64,000 nt of DNA from Squalus acanthias (lineage: Eukaryota). The stretch covers positions 138,012,001 through 138,076,000 of the forward strand of contig CM059429.1 in the NCBI GenBank assembly GCA_030390025.1, written 5' to 3'. Within the stretch, counting starts at the first letter, position 1. Each line of letters starts with the position of its first letter. Positions 49,001 through 58,248 of this stretch are shown here, one piece after another. The position numbers and the translations under genes are program-made. The notes beneath the pieces were generated by a model that ran no database searches, was not told the origin of the DNA, and saw only the letters and a program-made list of their open reading frames with translations.

Positions 49001-49054
49001 AAGAGTCTTTGGACACCAATAGAAACAATCATTGGTGATCCTAAGGATGAATAA
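3958..49054 (+). CDS. CD101: EWI-family Ig superfamily gene, CD101 (IGSF2)/IGSF3-like; join(3958..4033,13419..13796,15852..16259,22045..22425,26238..26642,28309..28710,30151..30567,36373..36783,48855..49054), 1025 aa
   Basis: Nine exons with canonical AG/GT boundaries, all phase 1, splice into one open frame: signal peptide, 7 V-set Ig domains, TM, tail. EWI motif (TEWIQDPD) in domain 2. Seven domains and a cytoplasmic EKSLW motif favour CD101. Domains 3-6 recall IGSF3 closely, so the symbol is tentative; the family call is much firmer. Confidence 0.75.
4277..4664 (-). mobile_element. tRNA-derived Deu-domain SINE (SacSINE1-like)
   Basis: Homologous to 51192-51650; tRNA-like head at 4610-4664. 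Confidence 0.75.
4790..4912 (-). mobile_element. Family B PLE pLTR fragment with decayed hammerhead
   Basis: acagaaaatgctggaaaatactcagcagg...gagagagaaac; helix-II palindrome aggtcgatgacct occurs twice. Confidence 0.7.
5891..6402 (-). mobile_element. CR1 LINE 3' fragment
   Basis: [26 protein letters not shown]...[16 protein letters not shown]; (TTCTTATG)n-type tail. Confidence 0.9.
6727..6901. mobile_element. Fold-back mini-element derived from the family A PLE pLTR
   Basis: 33-bp perfect inverted arms 6763-6795 / 6869-6901; TSD CAGTAAAGA at 6718-6726 and 6902-6910. Confidence 0.85.
6813..6849 (+). ncRNA. Minimal hammerhead ribozyme motif (family A)
   Basis: UCAC-CUGAUGA-A-GGAGC-agc-GCUCC-GAAA-GC-UU-GUGA. 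Confidence 0.78.
10699..10837 (-). mobile_element. CR1 3' tail fragment
   Basis: (AACATAGA)n tail, gataggagcaggagtaggccattcggcccc. Confidence 0.85.
10838..11569 (-). repeat. Inverted duplicate of 8456-9173
   Basis: Near-identical reverse complement; mirrored ORFs 8785-9171(+) and 10840-11277(-). Confidence 0.95.
12628..13042 (-). mobile_element. CR1 LINE 3' fragment
   Basis: [16 protein letters not shown]...TRGHRFK...[14 protein letters not shown]. Confidence 0.88.
13419..13796 (+). CDS. CD101: Exon 2, Ig domain 1
   Basis: tacag|AT acceptor, G|GTGGGT donor; [16 protein letters not shown]...C...FEWS...[13 protein letters not shown]; 378 nt. Confidence 0.95.
13920..14840 (-). mobile_element. 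CR1 LINE RT fragment
   Basis: [12 protein letters not shown]...[13 protein letters not shown]; PQGLVL...KFVDD. Confidence 0.85.
15852..16259 (+). CDS. CD101: Exon 3, Ig domain 2 with EWI motif
   Basis: ttacag|TT acceptor, G|GTAAG donor; VIPDTLSA...[17 protein letters not shown]; 408 nt. Confidence 0.95.
16316..17186 (+). mobile_element. CR1 LINE 3' fragment
   Basis: [15 protein letters not shown]...[16 protein letters not shown]; (CCTATGTAA)n-like tail. Confidence 0.88.
17475..18223 (-). mobile_element. CR1 LINE 3' fragment
   Basis: [11 protein letters not shown]...[12 protein letters not shown]; [11 protein letters not shown]. Confidence 0.88.
18703..19445. mobile_element. Non-autonomous DNA transposon (Harbinger-like MITE)
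   Basis: TIRs GGCCCTGAATTTGCGG / CCGCAAATTATGGGCC; GC-rich arms around an AT-rich centre. Confidence 0.7.
21242..21862 (+). mobile_element. CR1 LINE 3' fragment
   Basis: [19 protein letters not shown]; (TTCTATG)n tail. Confidence 0.9.
22045..22425 (+). CDS. CD101: Exon 4, Ig domain 3
   Basis: ctgcag|GT acceptor, C|GTAAG donor; [18 protein letters not shown]...GPNAVP...[12 protein letters not shown]; 381 nt; only its 3' half appears in the ORF track. Confidence 0.92.
22556..22726. mobile_element. Short palindromic MITE
   Basis: TGGGGTAGACATTCATCTTGGGC ... GCCCAAGACAAATTTCTACCCCA inverted ends. Confidence 0.65.
24716..25090 (+). mobile_element. 5'-truncated Deu-domain SINE (SacSINE1-like)
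   Basis: Reverse complement of 51192-51570; gggagttatcccc..tgtcctggccaatatt core. Confidence 0.8.
26238..26642 (+). CDS. CD101: Exon 5, Ig domain 4
   Basis: ttcacag|AA acceptor, G|GTAAG donor; [11 protein letters not shown]...[12 protein letters not shown]; 405 nt. Confidence 0.93.
28309..28710 (+). CDS. CD101: Exon 6, Ig domain 5
   Basis: ttacag|AA acceptor, G|GTAAG donor; VTAITRTP...LQCFIKP...[12 protein letters not shown]; 402 nt. Confidence 0.94.
28848..29200 (+). mobile_element. Old unclassified SINE-like repeat (related minus copy ~15330-15520)
   Basis: tggccccagttggtaag head; ccagtga..ctgctggaaa core shared with the inverted copy. Confidence 0.4.
30151..30567 (+). CDS. CD101: Exon 7, Ig domain 6
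   Basis: atgtag|CA acceptor, G|GTAAA donor; LEC...SQFAVTW...[15 protein letters not shown]; 417 nt. Confidence 0.93.
30837..30872 (-). ncRNA. Minimal hammerhead ribozyme motif (family A, 3' pLTR)
   Basis: UAC-CUGAGGA-A-GGGGC-gaca-GCUCC-GAAA-GC-UU-GUA. Confidence 0.75.
33872..33907 (-). ncRNA. Minimal hammerhead ribozyme motif (family A, 5' pLTR), palindrome mutated
   Basis: As 30837-30872 but GAAA-CC-UU instead of GAAA-GC-UU. Confidence 0.6.
34326..34951. mobile_element. Harbinger-like MITE inside an old CR1 fragment
   Basis: GGGCTGGATTTTCC ... GGAAAATCCCAGCCT ends; flanks look like decayed CR1 ORF2. Confidence 0.55.
36373..36783 (+). CDS. CD101: Exon 8, Ig domain 7
   Basis: ctgcag|AT acceptor, G|GTAAC donor; IEC...SQFSVTW...[15 protein letters not shown]; 411 nt. 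Confidence 0.93.
36883..37612 (+). mobile_element. CR1 LINE 3' fragment
   Basis: [13 protein letters not shown]...RPHLEYC...[16 protein letters not shown]. Confidence 0.9.
37884..40390 (-). mobile_element. Internally deleted CR1 LINE: ORF1 (Cys-rich + SGNH esterase-like) joined to the RT 3' half
   Basis: [15 protein letters not shown]; [22 protein letters not shown]; then [21 protein letters not shown] and (TTCTATGA)n tail. Confidence 0.85.
38740..39045 (-). mobile_element. HE1 / V-SINE
   Basis: gggcagcacggtggcatagtggttagcac head; tgtgtggagtttgcacattctcccc...ggtttcctccgggtgctccggtttcctcccaca V-domain; TSD ATATC at 38735-38739 and 39046-39050. Confidence 0.88.
41739..42405. mobile_element. 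PIF/Harbinger-type MITE
   Basis: Perfect 12-bp TIR GGGCTGGATTTT / AAAATCCAGCCC with 3-bp TSD ATA. Confidence 0.8.
43536..43779 (+). repeat. 122-bp tandem duplication
   Basis: 43536-43657 and 43658-43779 differ at one base by eye. Confidence 0.92.
44011..44611. mobile_element. Harbinger-like MITE (related pieces at ~5610-5890, 27400-28140, 40770-41210)
   Basis: GGCCCCGATATTCAC ... GTTAAAATCAAGGCC ends; shared internal ggagcactcctgctcctcctggccca-like motif. Confidence 0.55.
45685..46279 (-). mobile_element. CR1 LINE 3' fragment nested in an older CR1
   Basis: [28 protein letters not shown]; the older copy continues on both sides. Confidence 0.85.
47275..47455. mobile_element. Fold-back mini-element derived from the family B PLE pLTR
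   Basis: Inverted arms 47334-47387 / 47401-47453; TSD TATATAAA(C/T)GGAA at 47262-47274 and 47456-47468; core-mutated hammerhead at 47388-47421. Confidence 0.82.
47975..48790 (+). mobile_element. CR1 LINE 3' fragment with two successive 3' UTR tails
   Basis: ORF 47944-48567 is CR1 ORF2 C-terminus; tails at ~48568-48645 and ~48695-48790. Confidence 0.88.
48855..49054 (+). CDS. CD101: Exon 9, transmembrane helix and cytoplasmic tail, stop TAA
   Basis: Long polypyrimidine tract, cctag|TT acceptor; [30 protein letters not shown] then basic HKRPKKPQK and EKSLW. Confidence 0.92.
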
Positions 49055-49302
49055 GAAGCAAATGTAATATAACATTTTGTATTTCATTATTTTTGCAACT
49101 CTCTATTGTTACTATAGGAACTGTGTCATAAATAGCAGGAAAATAGCACCTGTGGTTAAGGGAAAGTTCACACAGGTGCCTAACCAAAAGAGATATTGAA
49201 GCAAAAAATGCAATCTGAGATCCTTCAATCATCATGCACATTGGTTATCTTTTTTTTGGAAAATTAGAAATGGAAACCCTGGCCTAACAAGACATTTGTA
49301 AA

Positions 49303-49376
49303 ATAACAACAGAAAACGCTGGAAAAACTCAACAGGCCAGGCAGCATCCGTGGAGAGAGAAACAGAGTTAACGTTT
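49303..49376 (-). mobile_element. Family B pLTR micro-insertion in the presumed 3' UTR
   Basis: 15-bp direct repeat CAAGACATTTGTAAA at 49288-49302 and 49377-49391. Confidence 0.85.
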
Positions 49377-51191
49377 CAAGACATTTGTAAATATGTCTTC
49401 ACTGGTTACACAGCTTCTCTCCCAGTTCAAACAACTCAATTGTTTTTTTTAGCTTCCTTCATTGCCAACATTTAATATTTGTGAACCTTCTTCCTCTTGT
49501 ACCTTTCAGTTCCTAAATTCAAACCTAATATATACAACGAACTTTTCACAAATTATTTCACTTTTCAATCCTTCAATCCTTTCTGTGTATTGAAATCGTG
49601 CAGCCATTGCCCCAAATCCAGAGCACAAGGGAGCCAAAAATAACAAAATAATCTAAGAGTATTGGGTTGTAAAACTCTAATGGGCTGAGCATTTGGATAG
49701 CAATATAGTGTTATAATAAAATTTGTGCTCAGAGTTAGACTTGTCAAAAAAGCTGAACTAAGTTGCTAACTCAGTAGAGAACAAGCTGGTGGATGTTATT
49801 CTGTATCTACACAGTGCATGGTCAGACCACACCATGTGTACTGTGGCCAGTTTTGTTACCGGGATACAAGGCAATCATTCAAACCCTGGAGGTGGTGCAG
49901 AGAAGAACCACAAAGCTGATCCCTAGTGTCAGACTATATTAACATTATTGTTCAGCCTTGAAAGGAGATGGCTGAAAGGGGACCTCACTGAAGCATGTAA
50001 GACAGTAAAAAGTATGGAAAAGGTACAATCAAAGCACCTTATCAAGCCCAGGCACTGGGGAGAAGAAAAATAAATTCAAACTGGTGAATGACAAATTTAG
50101 GACTGAACACAGGAAGTTCATCATGCAAAGAGTGGTCAGCATTTGGAATGAAATCTTGCATAGAGTGATGTTAGTTAAATGCTGGGGCAGGGAGGTCTAG
50201 GTGGATGATTGGAGATGGGAAAAATAGCCTTCACCATTTGTATTTATCTTGTGACTTAGACAGATAGATGATTATGTTGGCAGATAAAAGAGAGGCAATT
50301 TTTAAAATTTGTTTCTGAAAGATCACATCAGGACATGACAGCAGAGACAGGATTTTTTTCAGTGTGCATTGCGCTGAAGGCCTTTACATGTGTTGTGGTG
50401 AAGGGCGGGCTGCTCAGTGACTCCTGGGAATCGTAGTCCAGTTGTGTGGCAAAATTTCTGATACCTGAGATAAGCTTTGTTAAGACATTATTACGTGTGA
50501 CATTCAGGGAGTATCTGTGTGCAGCTGGGGTCAGGATGGTTATGCGCTCTGATGGATTTTATCTAGCCATGCATGAGGAAGCAGGTATTTTTAAAATAAA
50601 TTTCATTTTAGGCGTATATAGTGGAGTGAAACCAGCAGGGCCATTCAAAGGACTTTGACTTTTTTTTCAAGGTTTTGATTGGTTATATATTTGGTTATAT
50701 TGATTCATTGCTTTTTAATGGATGGATTTTTTTTTCTAAAGAGATAGTAACTTTTATTTTAGAGATATATAAGGCTGATTTTCCAGCCCACTCCTTTTCA
50801 ACATGCAAAGAGCGAGAAATAGGGAAGGGAGGTATTTTGCCAGATTTTAATGAAAGCAAATGATATCTTGTGTAATTTCCATCCATTCCATGGGCATAAA
50901 GGGAAGCTGCATGTGCAGGGAAATTCTCGGAGGTTTTTTTTTGAAGAAGTTTTTTATTTTCATTGTTTTGGTAGCTTTTTAGTGTTTTTACCTGCTTTTT
51001 TGGCATTAGAACACATAGGGAATATTCATGTAGATACACAAACAGTCAAATATTGTGTGCAGACTCACCAGACACTTGTCTATAGTTGAACCACTTTGAA
51101 GAGTTCAGTGGAACAAGAAGATTGAAAAAGAAGGGAGATAGGAAAAGTGCTCTTAGAAACAAACTTACGCTGCAGCTCAGGAAAAGAAAGT

Positions 51192-51650
51192 AAAAAGAAA
51201 GACTTGCATTTCTATAGCGCCTTTCACGACTACCAGACGTCCCAAAGTGCTTTACAGCCAATTAAATACTTTTGAAGTGTAGTCACTGTTGTAATGTAGG
51301 AAATCCAGCAGCCAATTTGCGCACAGCAAGCTCCCACAAACAGCAATGTGATAATGACCAGATAATCTGTTTTTGTTATGTTGATTGAGGGATAAACAGT
51401 GGCCAGGACACCGGGGATAACTCCCCTGCTCTTCTTCGAAATAGCGCCATGGGATCTTTTACGTCCACCTGAGCGAGCAGACGGGGCCTCGGTTTAACGT
51501 CTCATCCGAAAGACGGCACCTTCGACAATGCAGCACTCCCTCAGTACTGCACTGGAGTGTCAGCCTAGGTTTTTGTGCTCAAGTCTCTGAAGTGGGACTT
51601 TGAACCCACAGCCTTCTGACTCACAGGCGAGAGTGCTACCAACTGAGCCA
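51192..51650 (-). mobile_element. Full-length Deu-domain SINE (SacSINE1-like)
   Basis: A box TGGCTCAGTTGG, B box GGTTCAAAGTCC, central Deu-like core, tail gaaaggcgctatagaaatgcaagtctttc. Confidence 0.82.
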
Positions 51651-52081
51651 GGAGCAGCAAGGGTACAGAATCCCCTGCCAGTTACCATATCAATGTAAAA
51701 TTAATGATGGGGAATTGCTTTTAAAGCACTCCAAATGCAGTATTTTGTGGCTAAGGTAATACAAGATGAAAGAAGGCATGCCAAGGAGATCAGCTGGCAT
51801 CGGAGCTCAACTGTCTAAACCCACTATCGTGTCACCGACCGTATGTGTACATGGCAATGACCGAGGACCACTGCCTGTACAGGCTCCAGGTCGGCCTCTC
51901 AATGGCTCAGGCCGCTTGTCAATAGTTAAAATCGGCCCTCATATGTCAGCAAAAGTCAGTGCCTTCAGAAGAGATAGGGAGAAAAAATAATTACTGCCTC
52001 AGGGAAAACTATGTTCTGTTAAATGATCTCCAGATATTGCTATTTTTTCTGGTTTTATATGACTGTAAAATTTGATTGATC

Positions 52082-52106
52082 TATATATATATATATATAT
52101 ATATAT
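52082..52106. repeat. (TA)n microsatellite
   Basis: Seen directly. Confidence 0.95.
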
Positions 52107-52235
52107 TGAAACTGCCTTACTCTAGCAAGTTGAATTTTAATGGAAAGCATTCCATTTTGTATAGCTTCTAATTTAAAATTTACAAACATGCTTTGCGTTT
52201 TCTAAGAAAAAATGCTGAAAATTGTATCTTACAAA

Positions 52236-52241
52236 AATAAA
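52236..52241 (+). terminator. Candidate polyadenylation signal
   Basis: AATAAA followed by ATTAAA and a GT-rich stretch at the end of an AT-rich unique region ~3.2 kb after the stop; no transcript evidence. Confidence 0.3.
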
Positions 52242-53949
52242 TTAAAAATGAAAGTGTGTTTGATTGCTGTCAGTGATTTTAGAGAGGATGGCATTACATA
52301 AATTGAAGGAAGGCAAGTGAGAGAGGAGGCATTGAGACATATGGGAAGACAACATTCGCAATGGAACATCATACCACTTTAGACTCTCAGATCAGGTACT
52401 GGGCATAGCTACTCTTACATGAAATGTGTCTAATTATATTATGGTAGAATGCACTGGGCTAAGGGAATGACTATGACTGAGTACCTGAGCTCTACATCCA
52501 ATCTGCATTGCTGCAATGCCAGCACTTGTTGGCGAATCTCGTAAACACAACATGTTTAAATAAGCAACGGGAACACATTTAAAAAATACTTCATGATGCT
52601 CCCTTCATGCTCTGTAAAGTAAGCAATGTAAAAACCAGGGCAGGTCTCCAGCCATATATTCAAAGAGCAGGGTTTATTTTGGGAGAGGGGCTACAATAGA
52701 TATTTCATCTGATAAAGCCCAGCTCCCAATTCCAGCTCAGATGGACTTTTGATTCTTGGTTATTCAGTAGTGATCTAAACAGCACCCGCACATAATAGAT
52801 GGACATTTCTATATTCTAACCTGCTAATTACCAGAAGATTTAAGATAACCAACGCGTGAACAAGACACATTTGTCAGCAGCAACCTCGTTCCACGCACCG
52901 AGAGACAAATATAGACCATTATGTCCTTTGTACATTTTTATTGTGGGTATTTTAACTGATGCTGAAAATTCCTTCCTTGTAGTATTCAGGTTCTGACTGA
53001 AACTGCAGTTGCCTATTGCGGTGAAGTTAATAAACATAACCTATGTCTGCAGTTTTGAATACTTCAGCTTTACAGGAATGAGGTCACACAATTTCTTAGC
53101 CAGGCAGCAGTGGAAATTGAGTTGTGGGATTGCACAGAAGTGTTTTGTGGTTCTTCGTCATGACCATAGTACTGATCGCTGAGATAGGACTTCAGGCAAC
53201 ACGCACCATATAGCGTGATTAGCAATATATTTGTCATCTGTGCAAAATGAACTGTTGACCTGAGCAAGATATAAAATGAGAAAGGAAAAGCATAACTTAA
53301 ACGTAAAGTGACAAATCAAACACAGATTAATTTCAAAAGCAAAGATTGCAGTTCAACAGATAAATGTGCTCGTACCTGACTGGCCTAGAAATCCAGTACC
53401 TTTGCTATTTAAAAGGACTATGCAGTACTTATACGTTAGTTTGTTAGTGCCACACAGCTAGCTAAGGCAGACTGCCCCGGCCCACGCTGAGATGCTGCAG
53501 TCTGCAGTCTGCAGCCAGGCCCTGAAGGCCCAGAGCTGCTCGAGTTTGCCCACCATGGTCATCTGAAATGTCCGCAATGGAAGCTCAGCAGCCTTCCACC
53601 TCCCACACTGTACCCACTGGGGAAATACTTCATAGGAGCACTGGATAGGTAAACGAGTGCACAAAACAGGTACTAAGGACTTGCACAAGGGTAATACATA
53701 ATTATTTCTGTTCACTGTTAGATACAGATGGAATTGAATTGTTTGATAAATTTGTTCTTGATTTGGTGTTGGTGTTTATATTTGGAGTGAAGTGAGAAGA
53801 CCCAAAAGTTTGGACTGAAGGAAGGCAATCGGATGGTGGAAGTAAGGATGGTGGTAAGGATTGTGGGACTGTTATTGTATTGGAGATGGGAAGGATAGTT
53901 TAGGTGAGGCACACTTCAATGAGCTGTTCTCTGAGAGTTCTGGCAGCTA

Positions 53950-54980
53950 AGGGCACTGATGGTCGATGCTTCTCCTGCTCTTCCTCCGCTTCACGCTCTT
54001 CCTCCTCCTCCTGCTCCACTTCCTGTTGCCCAGGTGATGATAAGGGTTAGTTCCTCATTATCGCAAAGTTTGTAGCATATAGCAGACAGCCACAAATCTG
54101 CATACCTGCTCAGGCGTGTACTGCAAAGCTCCTCCAGAACGGTCAAGGCAGTGGAAGCATTGCTTGTGCACGCCGATTGTTCATTAACAATTCTAGTGAC
54201 AGCATGGTTCTCATTGTAGACCAGCTCTGCAACTGTGCCTGGGTTCCTGACAGGAGTCATGAGCCATGTTCACAGGGTATATCTCTCATCCCCCAATAGC
54301 CAGCTTGTAGCTTGACGTCCTGATTGGAATAAAGGCGGCACAGAGGACTGGTGCAGGATGAAAGAGTCATGACTACTGCCAGGATACCAGGCAAGGCCTG
54401 CATGATGCGCTGCCCGATGTCGCAAGCCAGCTGTGTGTTGAGGAAGTGAAATTACTTTTGATTGATAAAGATGCCAGACTGGTGATGGGGATCACGCAAG
54501 GCAATATGGGTGCAGTCTATGTCACCTTGCACCCTGGGGAAGCCTCCCATGCAGCCAAAGCCTAGTGCGCTCCCGTCCTGCTTTTCTCTATGGGGAACAA
54601 GATGTAGGTGTTCCTGCTGGCATTGAGAGCCTCGGTGACCTCCCTGATACAACGGTGGACTGCGAACTGCTGATGTTACCTGCTGCAGCCTGAAAGGAGC
54701 CCATGGCATAAAAGTTACGGGCCACGGTAACTTTGACAACTGCAGGCAGTGCTGTCCATGCCCTGGTGTGAGGCTCAAGTTGTGGTTGCAGCAGGTGACA
54801 TCGCTCGATGACAGCTTCCTTTGTGAAGCGAAGGCACCTCAGACGTTGCTTAGCAGTGAAGTTCATGTCGAAGTGCTCCCTGAATACCAGCTGTCGATAT
54901 GGCCTTCTGTGCAGTGCCCCCTCCTCCTCCAGCCCCGAAGGCTTCCCTACTAGACCACCTATGGCTGCAGACAAACCGTA
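53950..54980 (-). pseudogene. Harbinger (HARBI1-like) DDE transposase remnant
   Basis: LRFTKEAV..LQPQLEP..TALPAVVKVTVARNFYAMGSFQ; GFPRVQGDIDCTHIAL; MTPVRNP..YNENHAVTR; several frameshifts. Confidence 0.85.
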
Positions 54981-55784
54981 TCTAAGGCAGCCAAAAACAG
55001 TGTAACACCAGCATAATCTTCTTCTCAGCAGTCAAACTTAACTTTCCTGTGTCAGAAAACAGGGCAAAAACACCCAGAAGTTAACCAGCAGCTTGAAATG
55101 ACAAACCAGCAACTAACATATAAGTTTCTTCATAACTATAACCTTTCATTCCTAGTATCATTCCAGTGGATCTTCATTATACCCATCACATGACTATAAT
55201 ATCCTTTCTATAATGGGGTGCCCAGGACTGCATAAAATTTTCCAATTGTGACCAAAACCAATGTCTTGTACAAATTCAACATCATTTCCTTGCTTCTAGG
55301 TTAAATGCCCTATTTATAATACCTAGAATCCATTTGACTTTTCATGACCTTTCTTACCTGCACTTTTATAGTTCTGCCCCAAAACCCTATGTTCCTCCAT
55401 TATGTTATTTAGGGTATACTTCCTTTCATTGTTTGCCCCCCAAAATGTATTATTACGCATTTCACTGGATTGAACTACACGTCACCTATCTCCCACTCCT
55501 CTAACCTGTCTATGTCTTCCTGGAATCTCCAACATTCTTCCTCACAGTTTGTCTCACTCTCTAATTTGGTATCATCAGGAAAGTAGAAGGTTCCCTAAGG
55601 CCAAGTCATTTATATAAATGTAAAACAGAAGATGGCCCAAAACAGATCTCTGGGACACACCACTAACCACATCCTGGCAATCCAAAAAACATTAATTTAC
55701 CCCTACTAATTGGTTTATGTCCCCTAACCATCACTCTATCCATGTGGTTACATTCCCATTCATACCACATGCCTTCATTACACA

Positions 55785-56680
55785 GGATTACATAGGATAT
55801 ACGGCGCAGAAACAAGCCATTCGGCCCAACCCGTCCAAGCCGGCGTTTATGCTCCACTCGCGCCTCCTCCCGTCTTTCCTCATCTAACTCTATCAGCATA
55901 ACCCGCTATTCCCTTCTCCCTCATATGCTTATCCAGCCTCCCCTTAAACACATCTACACTATTCACTTCAACTACTCCCTGTGGTAGCGAGTTTCGCATT
56001 CTCACCACACTCTGGGTAAAGAAGTTCCTTCTGAATTCCCTATTTGATTTTTTGGTGACTATATTGATGGCCTCCAGTTTTGCTCTTCCTCAAAAGTGGA
56101 CAAAAGTGAGAAGTCGCACAACACCAGGTTATAGTCCAACAGTTTTATTTGAAATCACAAGCTTTCGGAGCTACTGCTCCTTCGTCAGGTGAAGTGGAAA
56201 CATTCTCTCTGTATCTACTCTATCAAAACCTTTCATTATCTTAAAGACCCCTATTGGGTCACCCCTCAGCCTTTTCTTTTCAAGAGAAAAGAGATCCAGC
56301 CTATTCATCCTTTCCTGATAGGTATACCCTCGCATTTCTGGTATCATCCTTGTAAATCTTTTTTGCATCCTTGCAAACCTTTTTTGCACCCTCTCTAGTG
56401 CCTCTATATCCTTTATATAATATGGAGACCAGAATTGTACACCAATTATGGTCTAACCAAGGTTCGATACAAGTTCAGCATAACTTGTCTACTTTTCAAT
56501 TCAATCCCTCTAGAAATAAACCCTGGTTTGCTTTTTTTATGACCTTGTTAACCTGTGTCGCTACTTTCAGTGATTTGTGTATTTGTACTCTGAGATCCCT
56601 TTGCTCTTCTACCCAACTTAGAATCGTATTTTCCAAGTAATATGTGACCTCCCCACTTTTCTTACCAAAATGTAATACGA
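55785..56680 (-). mobile_element. CR1 LINE 3' fragment (same subfamily as 16316-17186) within older CR1 debris 55130-57360
   Basis: [24 protein letters not shown]. Confidence 0.82.
56101..56191 (-). mobile_element. Family A pLTR micro-insertion with intact hammerhead motif (56155-56192)
   Basis: UCAC-CUGACGA-A-GGAGC-agua-GCUCC-GAAA-GC-UU-GUGA; TSD AAGTGGA at 56094-56100 and 56192-56198. Confidence 0.82.
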
Positions 56681-57419
56681 ATCATCTCTAATGAATCTCT
56701 TATGTGGTCCGTATTAAATGTCATCTGAAAATCCATATATATAAAACATCCATTGCAATCCCTATCTGTAATTTCCTCAAAGAAAATCAATTAAACTAGT
56801 CACAATTGAAGATAACCTTTCATTCCTAATAGCATTCTAGTGGATATTCGCCGTACCCTTTCTGTGGCTCTAATATCCTTCCTATAGCTTGGTGCCAAAA
56901 ACTGCATGCAATATTCCAAATGTCTTGTACAAATTCAACATCACATTTTCCTTTTATATGCAATGCTTCTATGCTCTTCACAAATCCATGCTGACTGTCC
57001 CTGGTTAACCCCTGCCTTCCTAAGTGTTGACTAATTTCATGCCATATTATGGGCTCTAAACAAGTAATTTTCTGACTTTAAGTTCCCAGCCGGGGGGAGG
57101 GTCCACCACCAAAAGCACACATCAGAAATTCAGGTGCGTGCTGCGTATGATTTTCTCACGATTAATGGTTGGAAAATTATGCACAGTATGTGACTGAATT
57201 TCAGATATGCATGGCCAGTGTATGAGGTTCCCTGCCAGGAGCATGAAGTCACAAAATCACACCTTTGAAGTTTAGTCACAACTGAGGTAAGACTTATTAG
57301 CCTATAATTTCCTAGGTGATACTTTACTCCCTTTTTTCAACGCAATTTCATTTTACAGTACTTTCAATACTCAGCACCCATTCAAAGGGATTTACTTCAG
57401 ATTTCCCGAATTCACTTTA

Positions 57420-57629
57420 AGAACATAAGAAATAGGAGCAAGGGTAGGCCATTTGGCCCTTTGAGCCTGTTCCGCCATTCAATAAGATCATGGCTGATCT
57501 TCTACCTCATCTCCACTTTCCTGCACTATCCCCATATCCCTCGATTCCCTTAATATCCAAAAATCTATCGATCTCTGTCTTGAATATACTCAATGACTGA
57601 GCCTCCACAGCCCTCTGGGGTAGAGAATT
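57420..57629 (-). mobile_element. CR1 3' tail
   Basis: Near-identical to 5893-6103. Confidence 0.85.
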
Positions 57630-58248
57630 GTAACTTGACATTGCTTTTTATTTATTCTCGCAAAGTAGGCGTCACTGGCAAGGCCGGCATTTATTGTCCA
57701 TCCCGTTCCACAATCCCAAACCAAGGATAGCAGGTGAGGGATAAACCGAATAGAACATAGAAAATAACTGCTGGCATGATGAAAATGTTAATAGTCTTTG
57801 GGGGTGATTCTAACCCTACCTGTCCGATGGAAACCTTCAAACAGTTGGGCAGTTAAAATCGCCCAGGTTCACTTAACCATCCTGGAGATGCTGGGAGTTG
57901 ACCGCTTGGAATTTTAACCTGCTCTCTTGAGCAGGCGGCAAGGACACCGGACTGCAATTTTAACTCAGCGGCCTTAGGAAAGCCACAGAGTTTTAGACAT
58001 TCCTTTCTCATCTGTCTTTCTCAGCTGCTAATAAAACGGGTCAGTAATTAGCAAACATTTAGTGCTAGACTTCATTTCAGTTTGTCTCACACATTTCTAT
58101 TTTCATATTCTGATATTCACACTGCTCAACTTTACTTAAACCACAGTTGCACTTTGCACTACCTTGTGGCCACTTGTATGAAAGTCTGGCCATTATGGGA
58201 GAAAGACATTTGTGGTTTCTCCTAACCACCTCTCTCCTCCTTCTTTAA

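Noticed and set aside
51590-51650. tRNA genes (also ~4610-4664, 38975-39045, 40425-40495)
   Set aside because: The first three are A/B-box heads continuous with SINE bodies and the last is only a decayed SINE-like head; none gives a full cloverleaf
53950-54980. Domesticated HARBI1 host gene
   Set aside because: Multiple frameshifts and stops; a transposon fossil
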